A stretch of 64,000 bases of DNA, from NCBI RefSeq assembly GCF_009914755.1, contig NC_060926.1; one strand, 5' to 3'. Shown here piece by piece: positions 1 through 37,428 of the stretch. Every line of letters begins with the position of its first letter. Position 1 is the first letter of the stretch. The stretch comes from the human T2T-CHM13v2.0 reference genome, Homo sapiens. The position numbers and the translations under genes are program-made. The notes under the pieces are model-generated. The model saw nothing but the letters and a program-made list of their open reading frames with translations. It did not search any database and had not been told where the DNA came from.

Positions 1-131
1 GGCTCGGTGGCCCGCGCCTGTAATCCCAGCACTTTGGGAGGCTGAGGCAGGCGGATCACCTGAGGTCAGGAGTTCAAGACCAGCCTGGACAACATGGTGA
101 AACCCCATCTCTAAAAAAAATACAAAAATTA

Positions 132-512
<381 letters not shown>

Positions 513-555
513 TTAGGCAAGCTGACAGGAAAACACTGATGTTGGATCTGACAGG

Positions 556-915
556 TGTATTCATTTGCTACTGTGGTTTAACCAGCAGAAATTTATTTTT
601 TTCACTGTGCTGAAACTGGAAGTAAAAGAGAAAGGTCTCGGCAGGTCGGTTTTTCCCGAGGCCTCTGCCCTCGGTTTGCAGCTGGCACCTTCTTGCTGTT
701 CCTCACACAGTCACCCTTGGATCTGTGTGGTGTCTGTGTCCTAATCGCCCCTGCTTACAAGGCCACCAGCTACACTGGACTACCCGCTCACATGATCTCA
801 TTTTACCTTACTTATCTCTTTAAAGCCCCGTCTCCAAATACAATCACACAGTGGGGTACTAGGGCTGGGAATGCCACATGTGAATTTGGGTGGGGAGGCA
901 GGTCCGTCAAGAACA
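556..915 (-). mobile_element. MaLR LTR, MLT1A/B-like
   Basis: MLT1 motifs such as 'agaaatttatttt..cactgtgctg' and 'ttaccttacttatctctttaaagccccgtctccaaatacaatcac'. Confidence 0.65.
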
Positions 916-1100
916 ACAAGCATAACCAGACCCACTGAGTGAGGCTCAGGCACTTCCGCTAGAAAAAATGACACCAGGGTGGTCCCATGATAGGACAAAC
1001 CCTATGAGACATAACATTGTATAAAACACAATTTGCCGGCCAGGCGCGGTGACTCAAACCTGTAATCCCAGCACTTTGGGAGGCTGAGGCGGGTGGATCA

Positions 1101-2010
<910 letters not shown>

Positions 2011-2194
2011 CAAGCCCTGAGTTGTCTCTAAGCTGCCAGAATAGGTGGTGATGTTGGAAGGCTGTCAACTCCACAAAAGTCCAGCAGGGCACAAATTTAC
2101 CTGATGGCATCCAGAGGCTTGAAATCATTGTTGAAGTCTACATATAACATGTAGAGTTAATTTAACAGAAACTCCTACTCTGCTTTCCACCTAA

Positions 2195-2431
<237 letters not shown>

Positions 2432-3296
2432 TAATTTTAGTGGAGACGGGGTTTCACCATGTTGGCCAGGCTGGTCTCAAACTCCTGATCTCAAGTGATC
2501 CACCCACCCCAGCCTCTCAAAGTGCTGAGATTGCTTACAGGCATGAGCCACCATGCCCGGCCAAGAGATTTAGCTCCATGCACTTTCTGAATTTATCTAG
2601 GAGGTAATGGCAGATGCTGTGGTATGATGTGAAGAGCTGGATTCAAATCGTTACTCTGGGTCCTTGGCCAAACTGCTCAATCTTTTTGGGTGTCAGTTTT
2701 CTTCAGTCTTAACATCAGGATAAATGCCTGTCTCTCATAACCCAAATGCCCATCGACAGTGGAATGGATAGATCGTTTGTGGCATATTCACACGTGGGAC
2801 AAAAGCAATGAGAATGGGCTGGGTGTGGTGGCTCACATCTGTAATCACAGCACTTCGGGAAGCCGAGGCAGGAGGATCACTTGAGCCTAGGAGTTCAAGA
2901 CCAGCCTGGGCAACAGAGGGAGACCCTGTCTCTGGAGGGCGGTCAGACAAAAGTGTAAAACAACATGCACAATATGGATGAATTTTACGTAATGTTGAAC
3001 AAAAGAGGTAGACACACTGTACCTTTACATAAAGTTCAAAAACCAGGTGCATCAAATCTATGGTGTTAAGGGCCAGGTATGTGGCTATCCCTGGGCTGGC
3101 AGCTGGGACTAATGGCTGGGAGCTTCAGGAATGTTGGTAATGTTCTGTTTCTTGATCTGGGTGTGATTACACAGGTGTGTTCACTTGGTGAAAATCCAGT
3201 GGGCGGTATACTTAGGATTTGTGCTCTTTTATGTATGTAGTTACTACTCACAAAGTCAACAATATCCAGGCTGGGCATGGTGTCCTCCACCTGTAA

Positions 3297-3747
<451 letters not shown>

Positions 3748-4920
3748 TAGTCTCAGCTAATCAGGAGGCTGAAGTGGGAGGATCATTTGAACCTAGGAGT
3801 TCGAGGCTGCAGTGAGCCATGACTGTGTCACTGCACTCCACCCTGAATGACAGAGCAAGACCCTGTCTCTTAAAAAATACATACATAGGCCAGGCGCGGT
3901 GGGTCAAGTCTTCTAATCCCAGCACTTTGAGAGGCTGAGGCAGGCAGATCACGAGGTCAGGGTTTCAAGACCAGCCTGACCAACATGGTGAAACCCTGTC
4001 TCTATTAAAAATATAAAAATTAGCCAGGCATGGTGGCGCATGCCTGTAATCCCAGCTACTCAAGAGGCTAAGGCAGGAGAATCGCTTGAACCCGGGAGGG
4101 GAGGTTGTGGTGAGCCGAGATCGCGCCACTGCACTGCAGCGTGGGCAACAGAGCGAGACTCTGTCTCGGAAAAAAAAAAAAAGAAGAAGAAGAAAGGCCA
4201 GATGAATGTGCCAAGGAGCACACTGGGCAGGGAAAGAATCATCAGTGTATAGGGAAGAGTAGAATGATGCCAGGAGAGAAGGGCACAGACTGGGGGTTTG
4301 CATTTACACTCCACCACTGACCAAGCAGGTCACTTAACCGCTCTGAGCTTCAGCCTTCTCATCTGACTCACAACTGTCCAACAGGTGAGTTGTTAGATTA
4401 AATGACCTATGTGAAGCCACCATCTGGGCACCTGAGGAGCTGCACACACAGGACAGCTCAGCAAGCTGTAAGCACGGTGGTGAGGATGCGGGAGTGCCAT
4501 GGCCTTGCAGTTGGCAGCCTCATCCACTGGACCCATTCGTGGCTCCAACTGTGATGGCCAAGGTGACAGGCAGGCTCGGACTGGCATGGTCAGCAGGCAG
4601 CTGCAAAAAGAGGCTCTCCACAGCTCCTGACCCTTCTGCATTTGTCAGCTGAAGCTTTCCACGTTGCTCTAGAAAGCCAACTTTCCAAGAAATGCTGTTC
4701 ACAATTTGCCTTCAAGGAAATCATTTGCAGTTATAGCTGCCATGTCCTCACATTAAGCTTATTGCTGGTAACGATGGTGCCAAGACAGTGGTGCCAAATA
4801 CAGTCTTCCTGAGTGGCCTTAAAAAATTAAGCTAATGGCAATTTTATGTCTTATGGAAGCTGTTCTTATCTATTAACTGCCAACATCTCAGCCTGGACAT
4901 TTCAGGAAACTCAGCAGGAA

Positions 4921-5930
<1,010 letters not shown>

Positions 5931-6657
5931 CAGCAGGAAATGATGTATGTGCAGATTCAGATGCCACTGAGTTGTCCTGTGAATTTTAGGAGGTAAAGTC
6001 ATACAACTAAGTTCCCATGGAAATACAACATCAAATGTACATTAACATGCATAACAGCCGTCACTTGCTCAGGTCCTGCTAGAAGGCAGACATAATGGCA
6101 GGCAGTTTCCATATGTTTCTTCAACAATTTCCAATGTTTAGCCACCAGAGGTGCCGAGGAGCCCCTGTCCCTCTCATGTCACTGTGGTTCTGCAAGATTA
6201 AGAGGCCACACATCATAGTTTGCGAGGTATATCAGGTCAATATAATACACTCGTAGAATACATACATTAGAGACCAAGAATGAACGGTCTTAGGACCGGG
6301 CACAGTGCCTCATGCCTTTGGGAGACCAAGGTGGGAGGATCACTTGAGCTTGGGAGTTTGAAACCAGCCTGAGCAACACACCAAGATCCTGCCTCTACAA
6401 AAAATAAAAATAGCCAGGTGTGGTGGTGCACACCTGTGGTCCCAGCTATTCTAGAGGCTGAGGTGTGAGGATCACTTAGCCCAGGAGGTTGAGGTTGCAG
6501 TGAGCTGTGATTGCACTGCGGGTCTCCAGCCTAGGCAACAGAGTGAAATCCTTTCATAGGAAAGAAAAAAAAGAAAAGAAAAGAAAAGAAAATGGGCCGG
6601 GCGCGGTGGCTCACCCTTGTAATCCCAGCACTTTGGGCGGCCGAGGCGGGCAGATCA

Positions 6658-6970
<313 letters not shown>

Positions 6971-7612
6971 CTACTTAGTATTTAAAAATGAGAGCAAATT
7001 AGGAACTTAGTTTTTCTTTTGTTTTTTCTTGAAGTGAGATGATGACATTATAGTTAATGTTTGCTAACGTGATGGTGAATGAAAAGGAAGTAGCAAAACT
7101 GTTAGGAAAACTAAGCCGAAGAGAAAGTTCTACCCTGGGAAATATATTTGCAACATGTTTAACAGTCAAAAGGTTAATTTCCAGAGTGATTATAGATTAT
7201 TGATTGCAAATCAATAAGACAAAAAAAAAAGAGAAACTGGCCATCACATGAATAGGCAATGCATAGCACAAGTAATGTTAATGGCTAATAAACTACACTA
7301 AAATGACTGATCCTCTTGGCAACCAGGAAGGTGTAAATTAGAACATTTTTCCAACTTAGGCTTTTAAAATTTAAAACCATTGACACTTGCCAATGTAAGG
7401 GAGGGTGGAGAAGTGGGGAATTGGAGGTGTGGCCTTTTTGGAAGGCAACTTGGCAACACCTATCAAAATCCAACCACGATTCTGCTTTCGTGACTACACA
7501 GACACTATGATGTATTTCTCTGTATGTATGTATGTATTTGTATACTTTTCTATTTGCACGCCACAGCCTGGAAAAAGAAAAAAAGACTGGAAGGACACAT
7601 AGCAGCTGTTAA

Positions 7613-8038
<426 letters not shown>

Positions 8039-8424
8039 TAACCTCTGCCTCCTGGGTTCAAGCAACTCCTCTGCCTCAGCCTCCCGAGCAGCTGGGACTA
8101 CATGCCACCACGCCTGGCTAATTTTTGTATTTTTAGTAGAGAAGGGGTTTCACCATATTGGCCAGGCTGGTCTCAAACCCCTGACCTTGTGATCCACCTG
8201 CCTCGGCCTCCCAAAGTGCTGGGATTACAAGCGTGAGCCACCGCGCCTGGACCCCACAACATCATTTCTAAGTGTCATGCACATGTGCACAATCACCAAT
8301 ACTAGGTGCATGATGCAAAAAAGAATTTTTGCCACTTGATTTTATCTTTAAGGGAGAGCTTCATCACTAGGGAAAATGAGTCCTGATTTCACTATGACCT
8401 GTTTTGTTTTGTTTTGTTTTTTGA

Positions 8425-8796
<372 letters not shown>

Positions 8797-8852
8797 TGAG
8801 GTCAAGAGATCGAGAACATCCTGGGCAACATGGTGAAACCCCGTCTCTACTA

Positions 8853-9077
<225 letters not shown>

Positions 9078-9223
9078 CTATACATTTGGGAAAAAGAGCC
9101 AGGTAGATCTCTACACCCTGATAAAGAAATTTTACAGTGAAAAATTTCTGTACAGTGAAAAAGCTGTACGACAATAACTCAGCCTCATTTATTAGTATGA
9201 AATAACTGCTATATGTCTCCGTA

Positions 9224-13466
<4,243 letters not shown>

Positions 13467-13549
13467 TATACTGATCTACTGGAAAAAGATGGGAAGGGCA
13501 CATACAACTGCTTACAGGAGTTTCCTCTACAGATCAGAGGGCTACGCAC

Positions 13550-22946
<9,397 letters not shown>

Positions 22947-23425
22947 TATGTTATTGAAACTAAGTTGGTATTATTCAGAGTATCGTCATAAGTTTAGGAT
23001 CTTAACTGAAATACCCAAGGTAACACCTAAGAACTTTAAAAACATACAGAAAAGTAAAGAAGAAGGGAATCAAAATGGTATATTATAAAAAATCAGCTAA
23101 CTACAAGAAAAGGTAGTAATGGAGGAATTAAGAAACAAAACTAGAAGATGCACAGAAAAAAAAATAGCTAAATAACAGAGGTAAATCCTTCTTTATCAGC
23201 AATCACCTTCAATGCAAGCTGAGTAAACTCTCCTTTTAAAAGACAGAATGGGGTGGGCAGGTGTGGTGGTTTGCATTTTTGTATTCCCAGCACTTTGGGA
23301 GGCTGAGGGGGGAGGATTGCTTGAGCCCGGGAATTTGAGACCAGCCTGAGCAACATAGTGGGACCCTGTCTGTACAAATAATTTAAAAAATTAGCCAGTT
23401 GTGGTGGCAGGTGCCTGTAGTTCTA

Positions 23426-23533
<108 letters not shown>

Positions 23534-23784
23534 TCAAAAAAAGAAAAGGAAGGCAGAGAATAAGGGGATGAAGAGAGGCTGGTTAATGGGTATAAACATA
23601 GAGTTAGAAGGAACAAGGTCTTGTGTTCAACAGAACAGTACAGTGACTATAGTTAATAATATACTGTACATTTCAAAGATAACTAGAAGATTTGAAATGT
23701 TCCCAACACAAATGTTTGAGATGATGAATATCCTAAATATCCTGATTCAATCATCACATATTACATACATGTATCATAACACTA

Positions 23785-24470
<686 letters not shown>

Positions 24471-24961
24471 CTATATGCTGTCCACAAGATACTCGTATAT
24501 AAAAAAACAAGGAAGCTGAAAATGCAAGGATGGAAAAAGATATTCCATGCAAATAATAACCAAAAGGGAGCCAAAGTGACTGTATCATTGTTAAACAAAA
24601 TTGACTCTAAATGAAAAATGGTTTCAAGAGAGAAGGGACATTTCATATTGTTATAATGTTAACTATAGCAAAAAGATATAACACTTATAAACATATTTAT
24701 AACTAATAATACAGTCCTCAAATGTACAGAGCAAAAATGGATAGAATTGAAGAGAGAAACAATTCTTCAATAATAGTTAGACACTTCAATATCCCCCTCT
24801 CAGTAATAGATACAACAGACAGATCAATAAGGAAATCAGGAAACTGAACAATACTATAAACCAGTCTGAGCTAACAGACATATATAGAGTACCAAGCAAC
24901 AGCAAAATACACATTCTTCTCCAGTGTATATGGAACATTCTCCAGCATAAACCATGTGTTA

Positions 24962-25345
<384 letters not shown>

Positions 25346-26003
25346 TTACAATGGAATAAAACTAGAAATGAATAACACCAGGAAAACCAGAAAATTCACA
25401 AATATGTGGAAATTAAAGTCTTAAACAACCAGTGGGTAAAAGAAGAAATCACAAGGGAAATTAAAAAGTATTTTGAGACGAATAAAAACAAAACACAACA
25501 TAGCAGTGCTAAGAGGAACTTATAGCTGTAAATGTATATGTTGAAAAAGAAGAAATATCTCCAATCAATAAACTAATTCTACACCTATGGAACTAGTAGA
25601 AGCAAACTAATGGAGAAAGAAGGAATCATAGTGGTAGGGCATAGATTAAGTACAGAATCAAAACTCAATAGAGAAAATCAATGAAACTAAAAGTTGATTC
25701 TTAAAAAGATCAACAAAACTGACAAATCTTGACTAGGAAAAAAGGGAGGAGACAAATTACTAAAATCTTTCATTCTCGAAAGGGGAAATAAAAAAAGAAA
25801 AATTATTACTGAAATTAGAAAATGAAAGTAGAGATACTACTACCAATTTTATAGAAATGGAAAAGACCATAAGAGAATGTTATGAATAGTTACAAACCCA
25901 CAAATTAGATAACCCAACCTAGGCACAACTTAAGACGCCTAATTAGATGAAATAAATAAATTCTAGAAACACACAATCTACCCAAACTGACTCAAGAAAT
26001 GAA

Positions 26004-27859
<1,856 letters not shown>

Positions 27860-27880
27860 AAGAAATAGAAAATCTGCAAA

Positions 27881-28913
<1,033 letters not shown>

Positions 28914-30133
28914 TAGACCTAGAACTATTAAGGAAATTGAATCAATAACAAAAAACCTCTCAACAAATAAACGCAACCAAATGGCTTCTCTGATAAATTA
29001 TAATAATTCTACAACAATTACTCACAAACACTTCCAACATACTAGGGAAAAGGGAACACTTTCTATATCACCCTACAAGTCCAGTATTACCCTGATGCTC
29101 AGATTAGACAAAAGTACAAGAGAGATATAGACTAATATCCTTTATGAATATACATAAAAATACTCAGTAAATACTAGTAAACTAAATTCAGTGGCATGTA
29201 AAACAGATTATACACCATGACTGAGTGGGATTTATCCTTAGAAAGCAAGGATGGTTCAACATACTAAAGTTAATGTAATATATCATATTAATAGAAGGAA
29301 GGAATAAAACCATATAATGACATTTTAAGCTAGATGATTAAAACAAACAAGTAAAAAAAAAAACAAAAAAAAAAACTATATGATCATCTCAAATGATGCA
29401 GATTTGAAAAAATTTAACCTCCTTTTATTATAAAAATACTCAATGAACCAGGAATAGCAAGAAACTTCCTAAACATGATAAAGCCAATATGAGAAAAATT
29501 TACAACTAACATAATAATCAATGGTGAAAGACTGAATGCTTTCCCTCTAAGGTCAGGATCAAAGCAATGGTGCCCACTTTCACCTCTTCTCTTAGAGTCT
29601 CACTCTGTCGCTCAGGCTGGAGTGCAGTGGCATGATCTCTGCTCACTGCAACCTCTGCCTCCTGGTTTCAAGTGATTCTCCTGCCTCAGCCTCCTGAGTA
29701 GCTGGGATTACAGGCAAGTGCCACCACGCCCAGCTAATTTTTGTACTTTTGTAGAGACAAGGTTTTGCCACATTGGCAAGGCTGGTCTTGAACTCCTGAC
29801 TTCAGTGATCCACCCGCCTCAGCCTCCCAAAGTGCTGGGATTACAGGTGTAAGCCACCACACCCAGCCCACTTTCACCTCTTCTATTCAATGTAGTAGTG
29901 GATGTTCTAAGAAGAACAATTAGGTAAGAACAAGAAAATGCATCTAAATTAGAAAACAAAATAAAGTTATCACTGTTTGCAGATGACAGAATCTTTTTTT
30001 GATGATCTTATTTGTAGAAAAACCTAACAACTCCACAAAAACTATTAGAGATAATTTGAAAATTCAGCAAACCTGCAGGATACAAATTAACTCCCAAAAA
30101 GCAGTTGTATTTTTATACTTTTGCAATAAATAG

Positions 30134-30388
<255 letters not shown>

Positions 30389-32346
30389 TGATCCACCCGC
30401 CTTGGCTTCCCAAAGTGCTGAGACTACAGGTGTAAGCCACCATGCCTGGCCTGAAAGCAAATTTTTAGAAACAATTCCATTTATAATAGCTTCAAAAGAA
30501 TACTTAAGAATGTAAAATGGGGCTGGGCGCAGTGGCTCATGCCTGTAATCCCAGCACTTCAGGAGGCTGAGGCAGGTGATCGCCTGAGCCCAGGAGTTCG
30601 AGACCAGCCTGGGTAACATGGCAAAACCCTGTCTTTACAAAAAGTACAAAAGTTAGCCGGGCGTGGTGGCACGTGCCTGTGGTCCCAGCTACTTGGGAAG
30701 CTGAGTTGGGGGGATCACTTGATCCCAGGAGGTTGAGACTGCAGTGAGCCAAGATTGTAACGCTGCACTCTAGCCTGGGCGATAGAGTGAGACTCTGTCT
30801 TAAATAAATAAATAAATACATAAATAAATAAATAAATAAAAGAATTTAAAATGTTGCAGCTACTATAAAAAATAGTTTGGTGGCTATCCACAGAATTATC
30901 ATATGATACAGCAATTCCATTCACAGATATAGATCCAAAGGAATTAGCCACTTAAACAGACGCTTGTATGCCAGTGTTCACTGCAGTATTACTTAAAACA
31001 GCCAAAAGGTAGAAACAACCAAGTATCCATCAACACATAAATTAATTAAAAAAGTGATATATACAGTGATATATACTTACAATGGAATATTATTCAGATT
31101 TTAAAAGGAATGAAGTCCTGATGTGTGCTACAACATGGATGGACCCTGAAAACCATCTGCTACATGAAATAAGCCCAACACAGAAGAACATATATTGTAC
31201 AATTCTAGTTATACAAGGTATCTAGAACAGGCAAATTTGTAAAAATAAAGTCGATTAGAGATTACCAGGGGCTTATTGGTTACAAAGGAGTAATGAAAAA
31301 CTCTTAGAATTAGATAATGGTAATGTTGCACAACATGGTGAGTATAATGATTGCCACTGAATTGTACCGTTAAAATGGCAAATTTTATGTTACATATATT
31401 AATAGTTTTAAAAATTAGTAATTTAATGTATCAAAAATCTTTGAACTGTATACTTACAATGGGTAAGTTGCATGATATATGAATTGTATCTCAATAAAGC
31501 TGTTTAAATTTTTTTTTTTGAGATGGAGTCTGCATGAGCCACTGCGCCTGGCCAAAAATGTAAAAAATAAAAAAATCAATTGTATTTCTATTGTATACTC
31601 ATTGGTTTTGTAGTACCAATGAGTACACCAAATATGAAATTAAGAAAACAATTAAGAAAACAATTCCGGCCGGGCACAGTGGCTCATGCCTATAATCCAA
31701 GCACTTTGGGAGGCCAAAGCGGACGGATCACCTGAGGTCAGGAGCCTGGGTGACAGAGTGAGGCTCTGTCTCAAAAAAAAAAAAAAAAAAAAAAAAAAGT
31801 CAATTGCTTTTTCTATATACCACCAGTGAGCAACTGGAATTTGAAACTGAAAACATAGTGCCATTTACAATAGTACCAAAAAAATCAAACACTTACAAAT
31901 CTTAGTGAAATACATATAGGATGTATACGAGGAAAACTGCGAAAACTCTAGTGAAAGAAATCAAATATATAGATAAATGAAGGGATAGTTCATATTTGTG
32001 GATTAGAACACACAACACTGTTATCAATTATTTCCAACTTGATCTACAAAGTCTACATAAAGCTAATCAAAGTCTCAGCAAACTATTCTGTAGATGTCAA
32101 CAGTCTATAATTTATAGGAAAAGACAAAAGACCTGAATAGCCAACACAAGAATGAAGAACAAAGATGAAGAACCGACATTGCCCAACTTTAGGACTCCCT
32201 ATAAAACTACACTAATGTGCTATTCATCAAGGAAGTGGATCCATGGAACAGAAGAGAAAGCCGCACAAATACAGTCAATTGATCTCTGACAAGGGAGCCA
32301 AGGCTTATTAGCAAAGGCTTCAAAGAGAAATCTTACTAGGATTTCA

Positions 32347-32892
<546 letters not shown>

Positions 32893-34729
32893 TCATGAAA
32901 GAAAAAATTAAAAAGTTGTATTTTACTAAAATTAAAAACTTCTGTTCTTCAAAAGGTACTACTGGCCAGGCACAGTGCTGTAATCCCAGCACTTTGGGAG
33001 GCTGAGAGGCTGAGATAGGAGATTCCTTGAGCCCATGAGTTTGAGACCAGCTTGGGCAACATAGTGAGACCCCATCTCTACAAAAAATACAAAAATGAGC
33101 TGGGTGTGGTGGCACATGCCTGAAGTCTCAGCTACTCGGGAGACTGAGGTGGGAGGTTTGCTTGAGCCCGGGAGGTTGAGGTTACAGTGATCTGTGATCA
33201 TGCCACTGCACTCCAGCCTGGGAAACAGAACAAGACCCTGTCTCAATTCAAAATAATAATAATAATAAAAAAGGCAAAGATGTGAATAGATATTTCACCT
33301 GAGAGGATACTAAAGAAGGCAAATGAACACATGAAAATGCTCAACATCATATATCACCAGGGAACTGCAAATGAAAATGAAATACCACTACACACCTATT
33401 AGAAAGACTAAAATCCAAAAAGCACTGACAACACCGAATACAGGAACTCTCATTCATTGCTGGTTGCAATGTAAAATGATACACCCCTATTAGAGGACAG
33501 TTTTGCAGTTCCTTACAAAACTAAACAGTTTTTCACCTTACAACCCAGCAATCACACTCCTAGGTTTTTACCCAAACGATCTGAAAAGTGATTTACACAT
33601 AAAAACCTGCACACAAATGTTTATAGCAGCTTTATTCATAATAGCCAAAAATGGAAAGCAAACCAATGGGTCCTTCAATAGGGAAGTGGACAAACTGTTG
33701 CATCCTCACACAGAATACCACTCAGCAAGAGAAACAACATACTGATACTCATGACAAATGGATGAAGCTCAAATTATGTTGAGCAAAATAAGCCAAACAC
33801 AAGTGTGTACTGCATGAATCTATTAAATGAAGTTAACGAACAGACAAAACTAATCTGTGTTAACAGGTGGTAGATGAGTATTTACCTTTTTTTGTGGGGG
33901 GCGGGCTGAGGCAGAGGGGTACTGACTACAAAGAGGTGCTCCTTTGGGATTATAGAAATGTCATGTGTCTTTATTTGGGTGTTGGCGATGGGTGTATATA
34001 TTTGTCAAAACACAAGATTTTGACAAATCTTATTAGGATTTGAGCATTCGACTCTGTACTACAATAAAAATGATTATTTGGAAAAGTTAGTGGGGCACTG
34101 GAGGGCTGTGATTACATGTGGCAGTGGCGAAGCTTCTGGAGATGACTGACAAGTTTCTATTTCTTACCATGGGGGTGATTTGAAAGTTGTTCTTAAGAAT
34201 TGATGAATCTATACATTTGCTTCATGTACTAGGCTTTTGGATGTGTGGTATTTTATAATGTAAAAAGAAAAAAAATTGTTTTTAAGGAGTCCATTTCATC
34301 ATTGGTTGGGTTGGACTACATAATCTGTAAATAAATATTCAATCCTGTAATTGTATGACTCTCTATTATTACTATGACAAAATCAGTAGGTCAGGTGCAG
34401 TGGCTCACGCCTGTAATCCCAGCACTTTGGGAGGCTGAGGCAGGAGGACTGCTTGAGGTCAGGAGTTTGAGACTGGCCTGGGCAACATAGTGAGATCCCG
34501 CCTCTACAAAAAATTAAAAAACTAGCTAGGCACGGTGGCGTGCACCTGTAGTCCCAGCTGCTCAGGAAACTAAGGCAGGAAGATTGCTTGCACTTGGGAG
34601 GTTGAGGTTGTAGTGAGCTGTGTTCGCCTCACTGTATTCCAGCCTGAGTGACACCAAGACCATCTCAAAAAAAAAAAAAAATCACTCGTTATGAAGACAT
34701 AAAAATATTACAAGCCATTTTCTTTTTAA

Positions 34730-35336
<607 letters not shown>

Positions 35337-36486
35337 TAGCCTGAGCAACACAGTGAGATCCCATCTCTTAAAAAGAAAAATAAAAAAAAAAATAGCTGGG
35401 TATGGTGGCAAGCACTGGTAGTCCCAGATACTCAAGAGACTGAGGCAGAAAAATCGCTTGAGCCCAGGAGTTGGAGGCTGCAGTGAACCACGATTGAGCC
35501 ACTGCACTCCAGCCTGGGTGATAGAGTGAGATCCAGTCTCAAAACAAAACAAAACAAACAAACAAAAAAGCCATAGAGAATTATGTCTATAATATAGGAT
35601 CCCACATACCTGAATCCTTTCCTGCTCTAACCAAAGACCACATGTGACCACTAAGGCAATGTGTGTACTGATGAGAAACTGCAGCAAAGGAACACTATTC
35701 TAGGAGTTATGCTAGATTGGCACCTAGTAAAACCTTCTCAAGTTTTCTCCATATCCTCATCGAATACTCTAGTCAAGCAGCCTCGATTGCGCCCAGGCTG
35801 TCTTTAGCCTAGGCTCTGCAGGCCTGGGTGGTCTTCCCAATCCCACAGATGACAGCTTACCATTCTACTATGAGGAAGGCTGTCTCAGGTGAGCCAGGGC
35901 ATTGGTCCCAAAGGCATGGGTAGAAATGGAACACAGCCCATCTCAAATCTGTTCAACTCAGAGCAAAGGGAAGCACTCTAGCCCCAACCTGGTAGCTGAA
36001 AGCAGGTGTCCTAAGGAAGGAGGGTGGTCACGTCGTGTCTGCAGAGGCAGAAGCCTCTGAGAAAAATCTTTCCTGGTCTGTTACATGGAGGCCAGATGGA
36101 GACGGTTGGTCTTGTGCCCAAAGGAAGCCGATCTGAGCTGCCTTTCCACTCAGGTTAGTTCAGACGAAGAGCAATGTGTGGAGAGGATCCACCCGCCCGA
36201 AAGCTCCGCCCCCAGTACTGCAGCCTTAATAGTCCTGTAATCGGACCAATTTTTATCCGCACTGGGCCACAATACAGGCTCGTATTTAAGGGAGCCAAGA
36301 TCCAACAGGTTTCACCACTGTAGCATATTTAGACTACCCTCTAAGAGGAACTCTATGCGAACAGCATAACTTCAACAAACAAAGTAGGCTCCCAACAATG
36401 TGTGAAAAACTGAAGCAGGGTAAACATTTCAGTGAGGGTCAGTATGGCACTGATTCACTTTACAAAAAGATGCAAACTGCGCAAGT

Positions 36487-37269
36487 ACAAAAACCTCTTT
36501 GAGTCCTTTATTAACGTCTGGAGATGTGTGGTACATACAATTAACAGCATCACACCAGCTACAGAAGTACAGATAACCAAGAATGTACTTCAGAACAAGG
36601 ATCTGAGAGCAACTTATGGTGTTGCCTGCTCTGAACCTCCACAAAAACCCAGTTCTGACACACGCAAGACAGACGATATAACAATTTCACTTGGGAATGG
36701 TTTTTTTTAAAAAATGACAAGAACTAATAGTTCAAACCCTTTAGAGTGTGAGATGTGGCAGCTCGCTTGGTGCCGTGGCACTGCTGTAAAAGGCCAACAT
36801 GGGCATTTGAAGGTCAGGCAGAAGAACCGAATGGGGTGGGTGGAAGAGGTTTTATTTTCAGTGTAGAGAGATAACAGATGGTCCGAGTGGATACTTTCAG
36901 TCCAGGCTCAGTATGGGGCCTGCAGGAATCCACTAGATAAATACAGTCTATAAACCGGAAGGCTGAAAAACACCAGCCAGCCATCCTTGTCATTGCTTCC
37001 AACTGGTGGACACTGATGCATCCGGAGTCACTTATGACACAGATCAGGTTTAACAGGGGTGCACCCGAACGCAAGAAGGCAGCTCACTATGTCCAGTCAG
37101 CTCTGATCCTTTCACGCCCTTGGATGTCATGGGTTCCTCTGCTTTCACACGGGAACTAAGGAACACTTCCTTTATTTCAATGTTCCACTTTGGAAAAAAC
37201 CAAAACCCTCCCCCCACCCCCACCATCATTCTTCATAAATTTGCTTCCAATCTCCTGATTGTTCTGGGT
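36487..37269 (-). other. SAP130: SAP130 3' UTR (distal end approximate)
   Basis: Repeat-free sequence between the stop codon and the distal AATAAA. The cleavage site is inferred about 20 nt past the hexamer. Confidence 0.75.
36507..36512 (-). terminator. Distal polyadenylation signal AATAAA of SAP130
   Basis: Plus-strand tttatt. On the minus strand it is preceded by UGUAUGUA (36532-36539, CFIm-type UGUA) and followed by a U/GU-rich tract (gtttttgtacttgcgcagtttgcatctttttgt). Confidence 0.75.
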
Positions 37270-37428
37270 CTAGACTTTTTCCTTTCGCTTCAATTTGGAC
37301 ACTTTTTTGACAGTCCCGTTCTTGTTAAGCAGCTTCAGGACACGGTCTTTATGATCTAAAACCTTAAGCATGGAGTCTCTGGCTTCACTGATTTGATCCA
37401 TCACAAGTTTACACCTCTGCATATTTCC
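37270..37428 (-). CDS. SAP130: SAP130 last coding exon (GNMQRCKLVMDQISEARDSMLKVLDHKDRVLKLLNKNGTVKKVSKLKRKEKV*)
   Basis: Acceptor tcttctgtttcag|GGA AAT and TAG stop at 37270-37272. 52 codons plus stop, with a basic C-terminal tail. Confidence 0.95.
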   Translation of the reverse strand, partial: GNMQRCKLVMDQISEARDSMLKVLDHKDRVLKLLNKNGTVKKVSKLKRKEKV

